The notes under the pieces are model-generated. The model saw only the letters and a program-made list of their open reading frames with translations, did no database searches and was not told the origin of the DNA. Both the position numbers and the translations under genes were made by a program. From Octopus bimaculoides (lineage: Eukaryota), in assembly GCF_001194135.2 (NCBI RefSeq), contig NC_068990.1, positions 86,232,439 through 86,274,990 on the forward strand: a stretch of 42,552 bases of DNA, read 5' to 3'. Below, piece by piece: positions 10,838-23,214 of this stretch; position 1 is the first letter of the stretch, and every line of letters begins with the position of its first letter.

Positions 10838-11093
10838 GAAAAGGTAAAGGTAACCCCTGATCATTACTGTCCGGAAGTCCTAGAACTCGTGGGGTCGGTT
10901 ACTTGGTTAGCCTGGCGTAAGTGAACGAGATCGCGTGGTTCACCATTGAACGGAACGCCGGTCCGTTAAAAGCTTACGCATCTACAACCAAGTGAACTGG
11001 AGCAAACACAATGCACCGCCCGGTCTGGGAATGGAAACTCCGATCTTGCGATCATGAGTGAAACATCCTAACCACCAGGCCACGCGCCTTCGC
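10838..11093 (-). mobile_element. SINE family D with (ACCTTT)n-type tail
   Basis: Head ggcgcgtggcctggtggttaggatg...ttccattcccagaccgggcg; tail ttacctttacctttt. Confidence 0.8.
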
Positions 11094-11194
11094 CAAATTT
11101 AGTGCCCAATCTCATTATATGCTTTCGTTTTATCAGCCGGTTATCAGTAAAAGAGGTTCCGTTCCAAAATGGTCACAGTAAACAACTTCCACTA

Positions 11195-11372
11195 GAAAGA
11201 AGCCCGTCGTATATGTGTGTTTTTTTTTTTTTTTTGTCTGTGTTTGTCTCCCACCACTGCTTGAAAACCGTTGTTGGTGTGCTTATGACCCCGTAACTTT
11301 GTGGTTCGGCAAAGTGACTGACAGAATTAGTATTAGACTTAAAAAGAAATTCTGAGGTCGATTTTTCGACTA
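11195..11372 (+). mobile_element. SINE family A, 3' half
   Basis: gaaagaagcccgtcgtatatgtgtg...gcttgaaaaccgttgttggtgtg...ggttcggcaaa...gaggtcgattt. Confidence 0.8.
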
Positions 11373-11727
11373 TGATGTACGTATTCTTTACCTCTGCCAA
11401 ATATATATATATATATATATATATAAAACTACATACACGTGTGTGTAGACAGATATACACCCAAACACTAATACTTACGAACTCATGTATGTACACATCA
11501 ATCAGCTGTATAAAGTATGTATGTGATGAGAGACAGGAGAAAGTCTGATGTGATGTAATGAGTGTGTTATGGCATACGTTAAAATAAAAGATGCATACGT
11601 TTACGGTATAACTTTGTAACACACACACACACACTTTGAGATAGTTTGGTGTGATGCGCTTAGAGAAACATGAAACAAAATTTGTGTGAAGCGAACACAC
11701 ACACACACACACACGTGTACTCATCAA

Positions 11728-11830
<103 letters not shown>

Positions 11831-12143
11831 AATATATTGTGATAAAATTTATTTGAGTACCACCTGATAAGTTGAATCTATACATTGTGAATTAAATTAT
11901 ATATAGAGAGGTATAGATATATATGTATGCACACACACGTGTATATCTCAAGCATATACAAAATACACATGAAAGACTGGTAGAAAGTGGTGTGATGTGT
12001 TTGAAAAGACATCAGACAGTCATAAAAGTATATATATATATATACACACACACTCTAATATGAGATGTTCATATATAAAAAGTGAGAGGTTATAAGTAAT
12101 GTGAATATCACAAAAGGGAAGCATACACAAACAGACGCACCAT

Positions 12144-12174
<31 letters not shown>

Positions 12175-12880
12175 CACACTGCACAACACAAAGGGAGAGG
12201 GGTGAGTTCGCGCGTGAGTAATATAACGGTAGCGAGGGTAAGAATTGTTTCTGTTTTTTAAAGTAGTTTTAACGTTGATGTCCATATAAACTCTACATTT
12301 TTTATTCCGCATATTTCTTATTTATGTTTGAACAAAACGAAATCAGTAGTTTTTCATAAGTCTTTTCTTTCTTTTTCTGGATCGGATATTGAGGAAGGAC
12401 AAACACACCCAATACTATAGTTGAGATATGTTTAGAATTAACAAATGTATGTATGGGTGTGAGAGCGGGAGAAAAAGAGAAAAAGAAAGAGTGAGAGAGA
12501 GAGAAAGAAAGAGTGAGTGTGAGAGAGAAAGAGTTGTTTGTGTGTGTTGTATTAACTTTCAAAAGTTTTGAAAGACAGACACCCCATACAGAAAAAAAGT
12601 GTGTACTGTATATATACTGTATGTGAGATATAGATATACAGATTAATACACGTATAGGATATGCGTGTATAACAAACATATTACATAAAATAAAGATTGA
12701 TACATGTATTAAATGTAAAAAGTAAAGGTATTACGAGAAGAGGGGGATGGAGGTGACGGCAAATATCGCCATTAATGACAGAATATCGAAATATAATAAA
12801 TATATCTATGGATAGATAAATGTATCATCTACATTAAAAGAAGGAATGAGTGAGTGATTTAGAGATGTTCCAATACTCAC

Positions 12881-13165
12881 GTATAAAGTTTCGTAATGAT
12901 TCTGAAAGAGAGGAAATCCATGCTTGCCGTCTTTGCCAACATTGGTAATCCTAATAGCTGGCGATGAGCCATCGTCTGAAATTTCGGTGGTATTAAAACC
13001 GTAAGTTGTATTGTTGAATGGGAAGAATTCGGACAAAGGAAGAGACATACAGCCGAGTCCCTGGCTAAAAGTGAGTAAGAGAAGCACAGAGATGAGAATG
13101 GAGTTGTTAACCTGACTGAATTGTCGGAACGCTGTGGCTGTTGTCTTCAACACATCTGAACACAT
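12881..13165 (-). CDS. First coding exon (95 codons) of a secreted NIDO-domain protein (nidogen/SNED1/alpha-tectorin-like)
   Basis: ATG at 13165. Hydrophobic signal segment SILISVLLLLTFSQGLG, then LPLSEFFPF...DDGSSPAI...GFPLF...LY, matching the N-terminal NIDO motif (xFYPFG...DDGxS...FPFF...LYVNxNG). Phase-0 donor TAC|GTGAGT at 12880, just where VNxNG should follow. Orthology cannot be assigned from one exon. Confidence 0.85.
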
Positions 13166-14012
13166 TACTAAACTCCCGACTCGGCATGAAGCGGCAGTGC
13201 TCGACTAAACCACCACACACTGTAGCAGCGCAGCAACATTTACATCCTAATGCCGGTAGTTCGAGAAGGGGTCAGAAGCAGCGATCGAACACGGCAGGAT
13301 CACCGACAAGCCCCCAGGTCACCACCGTCAAAAGCCGCCGGGCACCTGGCGACGGACGTCGGTGATAACCTCCAATACTCGGGCTTATTGTTATCGTAGA
13401 TACAACAACACTTAACGATGTGGCCTTCCTGTTTGTCGAATTCTATGGGTTTGTTATGAATGTTGACAGATTCACTGACTGTCCACGATTGTAATGATAA
13501 TAATATAAATAATAACGGTAACTGCAGCGATGTTGCTACTACTGCTGCTGTACTAGTGGCTGTGCCTTTGGTAGGGTACCAAAAGACCAAACTCACTAGC
13601 AGCGAGCAACAGTCAATAAGTTTGTAAAGTTTTGCCGAATTCACGAAGACTTCGGCATAGCTGTTCCTGTGATGCTGGTTGTGGCTTGTCAGTCGTAAAG
13701 CACAGTTAGCGTAGTTATAGTCGTAGTAATGGTGGTGGCGGTAGTAGTAGTAGTAGTAGAAATGGTAATAAGATCCTTTGTCAAATTTCTTCTTTTTACC
13801 GTTGTTTCGTTCGTCGTTTGCCACGAGTTCTATTTCTCTCATGTCGCTGGACTCCTATTGTTGCAGTTAGTGTTAATGTTGGTCACTAGCAGAGGGGGTT
13901 CATTCTCAGCCAGTGCGGAAGAAGTTTGTCCTGTCCTGACAACTCGGAACGGACTAGGCCGGTGACGGCCGTCCATCAGTAAAGCAAAATAGTAGAAGTA
14001 GCTTTAGTGAAT

Positions 14013-14019
14013 GACTGAT
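14013..14019 (-). promoter_or_regulatory. Candidate initiator (ATCAGTC, +1 at ~14016) for the NIDO gene
   Basis: Matches the invertebrate Inr TCAGTY. It sits at the boundary between complex leader-like sequence and a ~600-bp GA/CT-rich tract. A short motif alone is weak evidence. Confidence 0.4.
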
Positions 14020-14039
14020 ATCTGAATATCAGAGGCTTG

Positions 14040-14344
14040 ACTAATGTATAGTGGAAGTAGGAGGAAGGTAGTGCTGCAGTGGAGGGCAGAGGAGGAATAT
14101 ACGTGTGATCGAGAGAGAGAGATAGGAACGGGAAGAGGGGAAGATTGAGTGGGAGAAAGACAGGGTTGAAGAAGGAGGGAGAGTGTGAGGGAAAGTAATT
14201 AGAACAGAGAGGGAGAAATATAATTGAGTGAGAGAAAAGGAAGTGTGGAAGACGAAGGGAAAGATGGAGAGAAGGAAAGAAAGTGTGAGCGAGCGAGTGA
14301 GGCTGAACGAAAGACGGAAATGTACTTGTGTGAGAAAGAGAGCG

Positions 14345-14386
<42 letters not shown>

Positions 14387-14640
14387 TAAAGCTTGATAAA
14401 AGAAAGAAAACGTGAGAAAAAACAGAAAAAAAAACTCTGGAATACAAATACAAAAGCGAAAGAGAAAAAAGTGACAGAAAGTAATTGAAGAAAGAGAGGG
14501 AGAAAGGAATAAAAGAATGAAAAGTTTGTGAAAGAGAAAGAGAGAGAAAGAGAGAGAAAGAGAGAGACAGAGAGAGAAAGAGAGAGAAAGAGAGAGACAG
14601 AGAGAGACAGAGAGAATGTGTGAAAAAGAGGGAAAATATT
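14040..14640. repeat. Polypurine (GA-rich) tract with (GA)n and (GAGAGAAA)n
   Basis: Seen directly. Confidence 0.9.
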
Positions 14641-14706
14641 TGAGGTGAAAGTTTTCAAAGAAACTTACTGTGTACAAATACAGCGTGGAAAAGAATACAC
14701 GCACAC

Positions 14707-14739
<33 letters not shown>

Positions 14740-15459
14740 CACANNNNNNNNNNNNNNNNNNNNNNNNNNNNNNNNNNNNNNNNNNNNNNNNNNNNNNNNN
14801 NNNNNNNNNNNNNNNNNNNNNNNNNNNNNNNNNNNNNNNNNNNNNNNNNNNNNNNNNNNNNNNNNNNNNNNNNNNNNNNNNNNNNNNNNNNNNNNNNNNN
14901 NNNNNNNNNNNNNNNNNNNNNNNNNNNNNNNNNNNNNNNNNNNNNNNNNNNNNNNNNNNNNNNNNNNNNNNNNATATATATATATATATAACACATGTAC
15001 ATGGTTGTGTATATATGTATAAATGCAATGTTTATGTGAATGGATGCATCTATCTCGATATGTGTGTGTTGTGTCCAACTGTGAGTTTCTGCTTAAAAAA
15101 TAGCGGAAAAAAATCTTCAGTGTGAGTGGATGTATTTGAACACATGTACACACATATACATATAAACACATAGACATACATACACTTAAACACATACACA
15201 CACATGCACACACTTATACATACACTTACACACGCATGCACACTTATATACGCAAACACAGACATCGGCACAAACATACCTACGACAGAGAGGAAGCGAG
15301 AGAGAGAGAGAGAGAGAGAAAGAGAGACATATATATAGGTAGATAGACAGATATATATATATATATATATATACCGGAGTAAGCACATGAAATGTGCAAC
15401 AAGGTGGAAAAAAGAGTACTCAAATACCAGNNNNNNNNNNAGAGTAATATGCTTTATTT

Positions 15460-15521
<62 letters not shown>

Positions 15522-17309
15522 CAAATATAAGTAGATAGAAAGAGAGACAAACACAAACAGATAGATAGATAGATAGATAGATAGATACTGTGGATGGAGG
15601 AGAAAGCGGAAGAGTGAAAGAAAAAGAGAGAAACAATGGAAAGGCGTTATAAATTGCTAGAGACGCGTGTAACATGTGAGAGAGAAGAAAAGAGATAAAG
15701 TAGAGAGGTTGAAGTTGAGAAAGAACAAGTCGATAGGCAGTTGTCAGTGATAGGGTGGTTATCTGTGGAAGAGAAATAGAGGAAAGACGAGAGATTCATT
15801 AGATAGTGTGTGTGGAGAGATATATAGTGAGACGGAGACAATGCAGCAATGGCACTGGACAAGGAGAGAAAGATATAAAGATAACTATGTGAGAGGAAAA
15901 AGCGATATAGTTAGAAAGAAACTGAATAATAATTAAGATTTTGTTAAGTGGAAAAGAACAATAACGATAGGCTTTCAGATAATGAGAGAGAGAGAGAGAG
16001 AGAGAGAGTTGAAGTTAGGGGATGAGAGAAAGAGAGATAGGAATTAGGAATAAGCAGAAAGAGAATGAAAGTATTATGTGCGGTTTTGTGTGTGCGTGTG
16101 TGTGTGTGTGTGTGCGTGTGTGTGTATACATATATATATATGCATATATATATATAAATAGATACATATATGCATACATATAAACAAACACATACATAAA
16201 CATATACACATAGATATATTGCTACACACATATATACACATATATATGCATACATATGGGTGTGTATATATATATTACGTATTGGTATATACTTAAGGAT
16301 ATATAAATTTACATACTTCTATATTGTATATATGTATCTATACATACAGTCATACCTACCTACCTACTTACCTACCTACATATACATACATACATACATA
16401 CATACATACACACATTCATCCATCCATACATTTATACATACATACGTACGTACATACATACATACGTACATACATACATACATACATACGTGCATACATA
16501 CATACATAAGAGTGGACATGTATGCAAATTCGAGAGAGCGCGAGAAAAAAAATAAAAAGAAAAAAGGAAAAAAAAAAGAAAAGATTCTTCAAAAGGGAGA
16601 GAGAGGTGAGCCATAAAGCTCAAATAAATACAACAGTAAAAAAAAATATCTCAAATATATATTTATAATATTAAATAGCGAAAGCATATTTTTGCAAGAG
16701 TAAGGGATCGGGTGAGTTGGGGGGGGGGGCTATATAGAGAGAAAGGGTTCGTNNNNNNNNNNNNNNNNNNNNNNNNNNNNNNNNNNNNNNNNNNNNNNNN
16801 NNNNNNNNNNNNNNNNNNNNNNNNNNNNNNNNNNNNNNNNNNNNNNNNNNNNNNNNNNNNNNNNNNNNNNNNNNNNNNNNNNNNNNNNNNNNNNNNNNNN
16901 NNNNNNNNNNNNNNNNNNNNNNNNNNNNNNNNNNNNNNNNNNNNNNNNNNNNNNNNNNNNNNNNNNNNNNNNNNNNNNNNNNNNNNNNNNNNNNNNNNNN
17001 NNNNNNNNNNNNNNNNNNNNNNNNNNNNNNNNNNNNNNNNNNNNNNNNNNNNNNNNNNNNNNNNNNNNNNNNNNNNNNNNNNNNNNNNNNNNNNNNNNNN
17101 NNNNNNNNNNNNNNNNNNNNNNNNNNNNNNNNNNNNNNNNNNNNNNNNNNNNNNNNNNNNNNNNNNNNNNNNNNNNNNNNNNNNNNNNNNNNNNNNNNNN
17201 NNNNNNNNNNNNNNNNNNNNNNNNNNNNNNNNNNNNNNNNNNNNNNNNNNNNNNNNNNNNNNNNNNNNNNNNNNNNNNNNNNNNNNNNNNNNNNNNNNNN
17301 NNNNNNTAT

Positions 17310-17635
17310 ATGGTGGTGCAATGGCCCAATGGTTAGGGCAACGGACTCGCGGTCGTAGGAACGCGGGTTCGTTTATTGAGCGAAAACACCTAAAACTCCA
17401 CGAGGCTCCGGCAGGGGGTGGTGACGAACCCTGTTGTACTCTTTCACCATGGCGTTCTCTCATTCTTTCTTCCTGTTCCTGTTGTACCTGTATTGCCACA
17501 TTCTGTGTCACGCTGAATCTCCCCGAGAACGTGTCTGTGGAGTGCTCAGCCACTTGCACGTTAATTTCACGAGCAGGCTGTTCCGTCGATCGAATCAACT
17601 GGAACCCTCGACGTCGTAACCGACAGAGTGCCACG
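17310..17635 (+). mobile_element. SINE family C with an internal deletion in the B-box region
   Basis: Aligns with 38895-39283 but jumps from gggttcg to tttattgagcgaaaacacc. Confidence 0.9.
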
Positions 17636-17689
17636 ATATATTATATATAATGTTTATTATGTACGTCTATTATATGTATATGAAATGTA

Positions 17690-17815
17690 GCCGGGGTCTA
17701 CCTTGCCTTTTATTCTTTCGAGGTCGATAAAATAAAGTACCAGTTGAATATTGGCGTCGATGAAACTGGCTTACTCCTCCCTCAAAATTGCTGGCTTTGT
17801 GCCAAAATAAGGAAG
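17690..17815 (+). mobile_element. SINE family B, 3' part
   Basis: ttgccttttattctttcgaggtcgataaaataaagtaccag...aaaattgctggctttgtgccaaaa. Confidence 0.8.
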
Positions 17816-18299
17816 GATTATGTGTGTGTGTATGTATGTGTGTATGTATATGTATACATTTGTATGCATGCACACACAAAAGTGAGCTAAAAGAAAGAAA
17901 AAATACCATTGTGACCAGAGGCATGAATTTGAATAACAAAGACTAAATAACGTCCACAGATTCACAATTCATTGAAAATATCTTTGCTTGGAAAGAAGGT
18001 ACACAAACGCCTGAAGGCAATGGCTACTGATTCCAGATGAGAAGGGGAGATAATCTCAAGAATCAAGAATTTATTAAGAATTGACATGCCATAGAAAGTT
18101 TTTTTATTTTTTTTATTCTAGAGACAAGAAACCAATTGCAGACATACATACTGTAGTTAAGAAAGCTACATATGAATTAATTATGAGCATATAGCTTTTA
18201 CTAAAAGAAGGCAATTATTAAAGTCTACAATGTCTAGAAAATTCTTAAAAATCCGATTTAATATATATATATATTTTATATATTTGTTAATTTTTCTAT

Positions 18300-18525
18300 T
18301 TGTTACAGTCAGTTGACTGCGGCCTTGCTGGAGTACTGCCTTTTTTTTTTCTATTTCAGTCATTAGGCTGCGGCAATGTTTAGTCGAATGAATTGACCCC
18401 AGTACTTATTTCTTTTAAAGCCTGGTACTTATTCTATCTTTCTCGTTTTGCTGACCCGCAAATTCACGAGGACATAAACAAACCAACACCGGTTGTCAAG
18501 CAGTGGTGGGGAACAAACACAGTAT
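18300..18525 (-). mobile_element. SINE family A, 3' half
   Basis: gactgcggccttgctggag...gaccccagtacttat...accaacaccggttgtcaagc...gggaacaaacac. Confidence 0.8.
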
Positions 18526-18527
18526 AT

Positions 18528-18580
<53 letters not shown>

Positions 18581-19709
18581 AAACTAATTTGAATTCTCTA
18601 AAGAATAGTCAGCAGATTTTTCACTTCTTAGTCCCTTCTATCTTTGTCTCTCTTGTTTCTCCCACTCTCTTGCTTTCTGTCTGTCTGTCTACCTGTCTAT
18701 TTCTCTCTTCCTCTCTTCCTCTCACCTTCGGTCTCATTCTCCTGTATTCAATTGATTTAATTAAAACGGAGTGATTGCAAACTATTTCTTTGAGGTACTT
18801 CGAGAATATTATTGAAAAGTTTTACATTATACTTATTTGTTTTACATTATACTTATTTGGAAGTTTTCATTTCGAATTTTCATTCCGTGATACACAAATA
18901 TGTCACAAATATATCCATTCAATAATGAAAACCTTCGGCCATTTTCTACGCCTACGTTGACATCGTGTTTATCATTAGACAATATAGTGATTTCGTTTAA
19001 CATACAAACGGAAACATCGCTTTCTGAGCGGTTTTCTTCCAGAATGTGTGTGTGAGTGTGTGTGTATGCGTATGTGTAGATAAAAAAACAGTCACTTTCC
19101 GATCTCAATGACCAACAATATAGTTGTTACAGCACCAGATATCTTGTAAATCTCTTGTAATTTACCAACCTGCTTACCTTTTATAATTTCTACAAAAATC
19201 ATTTTGTTTTCCCTTACACCAAACAAAACCTTCGACCGTGTCTAGCATAAAAAGTAATTTATCCGATAACACTAATAATACTGTATGACAAAAAGAAAAA
19301 AAACGTTTCTTTAGCAAGAGATAAACTGAGGTGTCATTAGTTGATTTTAGGGCGCTCTTTCTGAATATGAAGTCAGTTTTGCTTCACCACATCTAGATTT
19401 TGATCTACAAGTTACTCCCTCTATACCAAATTCACAGAAATCTAACGTAGCGTGCAGTACGTCAAGTCTTCCTATTTGTCTTTTAAGAATGCCTCTGATT
19501 GTTCTTTTTATGACAACCCTTAATGAGAGAGCTGTAAAAGTAGATATAACACACAGTAGATCATATCTATTTTAGTACATTTTGATTTAAAAGCTTGTTT
19601 CGAATGCTATTGTAACTTGTTTGTATCAAATTGTAATTGCTCTGTTCACTGTGGACTGCTGTGTTTTTTTTTTCTTTTTATTTCTCCACTTCAACTCGCT
19701 TCAATTTGC

Positions 19710-19800
19710 ATGGTTTCAATACATGTATGTCGCAATGACCCAGATCACTTTTGCTACATCTGTGGGGGATATGCATTCAAGGACTGTTGGAGTAACATTT
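19710..19800 (+). pseudogene. N-terminal remnant of a DNA transposase (probably Chapaev3/CMC group), cut off by a SINE
   Basis: MVSIHVCRNDPDHFCYICGGYAFKDCWSNI matches the recalled CxNxPDxFCYICG zinc-finger start of Chapaev-type transposases; family assignment is from memory. Confidence 0.55.
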
Positions 19801-20256
19801 TACTCTTTTACTTGTTTCAGCCATTTGACTGCGGTCATGCTGGAGCACCGCCTTTAGTCGAGCAAATCGACCCCAGGACTTATTCTTTGGAAGCCTAGTA
19901 CTTATTCTATCGTCTCCTTTNNNNNNNNNNTTAGTCGAGCAAATCGACCCCAGGACTTATTCTTTGGAAGCCTAGTACTTATTCTATCGTCTCCTTTTTG
20001 CCGAACCGCTAAGTTACGGGGACGTAAACACACCAGCATCAGTTCTCAAGCGAGGTTGGTGGGGACAAACACAGACACACAAACATACACACATATATAT
20101 ATACATATATACGACGGGCTTCTTTCAGTTTCCGTCTACCAAATCCACTCATAAGGCCTTGGTCGGTCCGAGGCTATAGTAGAAGACACTTGCCCAAGGT
20201 GCCACACAGTGAGACTGAACCCGGAACCATGTGGTTGGTAAGCAAGCTACTTACCA
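19795..20256 (-). mobile_element. SINE family A, near full length (tRNA head, CORE-like body, internal microsatellite, 3' half)
   Basis: Continuous family A structure, with a 66-bp duplication across the 10-N gap at 19921-19930. Confidence 0.9.
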
Positions 20257-20269
20257 NNNNNNNNNNTTG

Positions 20270-20465
20270 GTACAAGATCTGAAGTTTTTATTGAGAGAGA
20301 ACCAATCGATTGCATTGACCCGAGTGCTCAACTGTAGCTTATTCTGTTAACCCCAAAAGGATAAAAGGCAAAATCGACTTCGATGGAATTTAAACTTAAG
20401 ACGTAAACCCGGAAGAAATGCCACTAAGCATTTAGTTCGGAGCGGTAACAATCTTACCAGCTCGT
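20270..20465 (-). mobile_element. SINE family B
   Basis: ccccaaaaggataaaaggcaaaatcgac...gaagaaatgccactaagcatt...taccagctcgtc. Confidence 0.8.
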
Positions 20466-21004
20466 CACACGTTATTAGTCATTGACATTATGTGTTACTG
20501 TCCACCTTATTAAAGGTTTTTTTTCCCCTGCAGCAGGTATCCCTAGGGATTCTCCCTAATCGTTCATTATGGCGAACATGTTTAACCCCTATGTCCCACA
20601 TTCTTCCTTCGACAGTTCTTTATCTGTTTATCGCTTTTTGCTTTTAACTAAGCCGAGTCCGATGCAGATGTTGTCACCATATATTCTAGTTTCGCCCCCA
20701 TCACTATCACCACCACCACCACCACCACCACCTACAAAAGCCTGTTCACCGTCTACATAAACAATTCTCAGCAGGAATCACTTATCCTCTTTTGAAAACG
20801 GGTCTCAAAAAACATCCTGTAATGAGATATCGAAAAACCTAGATTTAATTCAACAACACCAAAATCTGAAGCATTAAAGTAAACCAAGAGCCAGAAACCC
20901 ACGTTGCTGTGTGACGTACATCTAAGCCCTCAGATACACCCGACACATAATGGACCTTACATTTCGTGATGGCATTTTATGGTGCATTCATAGTCAAGAT
21001 AATC

Positions 21005-21185
21005 CTTTTAGCTCGTTTCACTCATTGGACGGCAGCCATGCTGGGACACAGCCATGAAGGGTTTAGTAGAACAAATCGACCCTAGTGCTTATTTTTAGCC
21101 TGGTATTTATTCTAGCGATCTTCTATGCCGGACCGCTAATCACGGGGACGTAAACAAACCGACACCGGTTGCCAAGCGGTGGAGG
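21005..21185 (-). mobile_element. SINE family A, 3' half
   Basis: ggcagccatgctggg...aaatcgaccctagtgctt...ggaccgctaa...gacaccggttgccaagcggtgg. Confidence 0.8.
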
Positions 21186-21451
21186 ACACACACACACACA
21201 CACACACACATACACACACACACACATACACACACACACACACACAAAAACACATACATACGTATGTATGGTTGTCAAGAGCAGGGCTCATTAGCCACTA
21301 ACGGAGCCGCAAATGCAAAACATAAGTTAGTCCTAGAACGCACAATGTTCCAGGTCGGCAATGGTCTTCCTCGGTCACGAGTGGACGGCCACCATGCATG
21401 CATGCATGTGTATATCTATCTATCTATCTATCTATCTATATACATATAGAT

Positions 21452-21543
21452 CTCGGCGGAATTTGAACTCAAAACGTAACGGCAGACGAAATACCGCTAA
21501 GCATTTCGCCCGGCGCGCTAACGTTTCTGTCAGCTCGCCGCCT
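21452..21543 (-). mobile_element. SINE family B head
   Basis: ctcggcggaatttgaactca...gcagacgaaataccgctaagcatttcgcccggcgcgctaacgtttctgtcagctcgccgcc. Confidence 0.9.
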
Positions 21544-22054
21544 TAATTAGTAACCATAATATAATGACCAACTCACGAATTCTTTCAGGAAGATCTCTTT
21601 TCAACAAATGAAATACAAGCGTTTCTAACGAGATATCAAATTCAATTTTCCTTCTCTTTTTGTCTACGTCGCCTACACAAATACTATGTCGTCTGTTGCC
21701 TTTGGTTCTCTATTATTGTATTTGATATATACCATAGTTTCTCACTCTATCGCTTTCAGACATCATCTACAATATGTATTTATCTCTTATTTACTGAGTA
21801 ATTTTCATAACCTTGGACAAGACTTTCAAAAACCTTCAGAATACAGTTTGGTGGGAAGCTTGCTTTTAAATGTGCTATAAACTACATAACGCGCAGTGTA
21901 TACAAGTAAATCCTTCACATGCTTTTTGTTCCTAGGTAACTGATGAAATAATTGTCATGTATTCGGGGCAGCACAATCAAATATACTCCCCTACCACAAA
22001 TTTACGATCACTTTGCCAATGTAAATAACCGTTATTGTAACTATTAATTATTAA

Positions 22055-22445
22055 GAAGGCGGCGAGCTGGCAGAAGCGCCAGAGCTTCGGAAGGAATTCT
22101 TTGAGTATTTCTTCCAGCTCTATACATTCTGAGTTCAAAAATTGCCGAGGTTATTTTTGCCATTTAACCTTTCGGGGTCAATAAAATTAATACCGGTCAA
22201 GTACTAACTTGCTGACCTTGCGCCAAAATTAGAAGGAATTATAAAGATGGCGAGCTGGCAGAATCGTTAGCATGCCGGATAAAATACTTAGCGGCATTCC
22301 TTCCGGTTTTACGTTGAGTTCACCGAAGTCGGTTTTGCCTTTCATCCTGGGTCGATAAAATAGGTACCGGTTAAACACTGAAATCAATGTAATCAGCCTG
22401 CCCCCTCTCTCAAATTTCAGACCCTGTGCCTTTAGTAGAAAGAAT
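22055..22445 (+). mobile_element. Two tandem old SINE family B copies
   Basis: Two heads (ggcggcgagctggcagaa at ~22058 and gatggcgagctggcagaa at ~22246), each followed by the gggtc(a/g)ataaaa core. Confidence 0.8.
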
Positions 22446-22695
22446 TATTATCAGAGAAACAATTATTGTTGTCCTTTTAATACTCCGAGGTAAAATATCG
22501 GGTCAGACTCGGCTAGTCGTTGATTTAGAGGGATTACCCTATCTGCATTGCTACACGATTCAGATACGCGACGCTAGATTTGATTGTTTCACCTGACAAC
22601 TCTCTCATTATTTTTTCACGATGTGGAAATCATTTCCTTATGATGTCAGTTGTTTTGTTTAGCCTAAGACCAGTTCTAACCAAGCAAACATATGA

Positions 22696-22910
22696 TTAAC
22701 CTTTTTGATACCAACACCTGAGACCGCCTCTTGTTCCATTATATAAATTTTCACTTTTAAAGTGATCTAAATTATAACCTTTCATCAAAATTTTACGCTA
22801 ATTTATGTTTTAAACACCAACTAAGTAATAACATAGTCATTAAACTAAATTCTTTGGGTATTTTTTCCAAAATTAATTGAAACAAAAGCAGTGTATGTCA
22901 ACCAACACCA
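22696..22910. mobile_element. Possible piggyBac-type MITE remnant
   Basis: Begins ttaa-cctttttgatacc (TTAA plus a CCYTTT-like end); AT-rich; the opposite end is not identifiable. Confidence 0.3.
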
Positions 22911-23214
22911 GTAAGGCAATCTAGCTGTGAACACCTCATTGTTTATCCTGACGCAATGTCTCTACATTATCCTGTGTGTCACATTAATTTTTCTTGAAAA
23001 TTGTAGGATTCATTTCAAGGACTTTCTAGCCGGTCACGTTACTACGTGGCGTACATTCATTGGTACTAGTTACGTTTACGTTCATAATCCCCAACGACAG
23101 ACAGCGATGGTTGTAGTCTGCGTGATGAAAGATTAAGTGTGAAGTAATACCACGTATGGTGTCGCAAAATCTACCACTTTATTATCTACATTGCATGGAT
23201 CATGAATGAATCGT

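Noticed and set aside
13300-13842. 180-aa minus-strand ORF as an independent gene
   Set aside because: Low-complexity Tyr/His runs from (TAC)n repeats and no recognisable domain. Kept only as a possible uORF.
19855-19996. 66-bp direct duplication
   Set aside because: Two matching copies flank a 10-N gap, the typical sign of an unmerged contig overlap.
20515-20545. Strong plus-strand acceptor followed by CAG|gtatcc
   Set aside because: It would be a 3-nt exon with a weak donor, and no plus-strand gene is evident.
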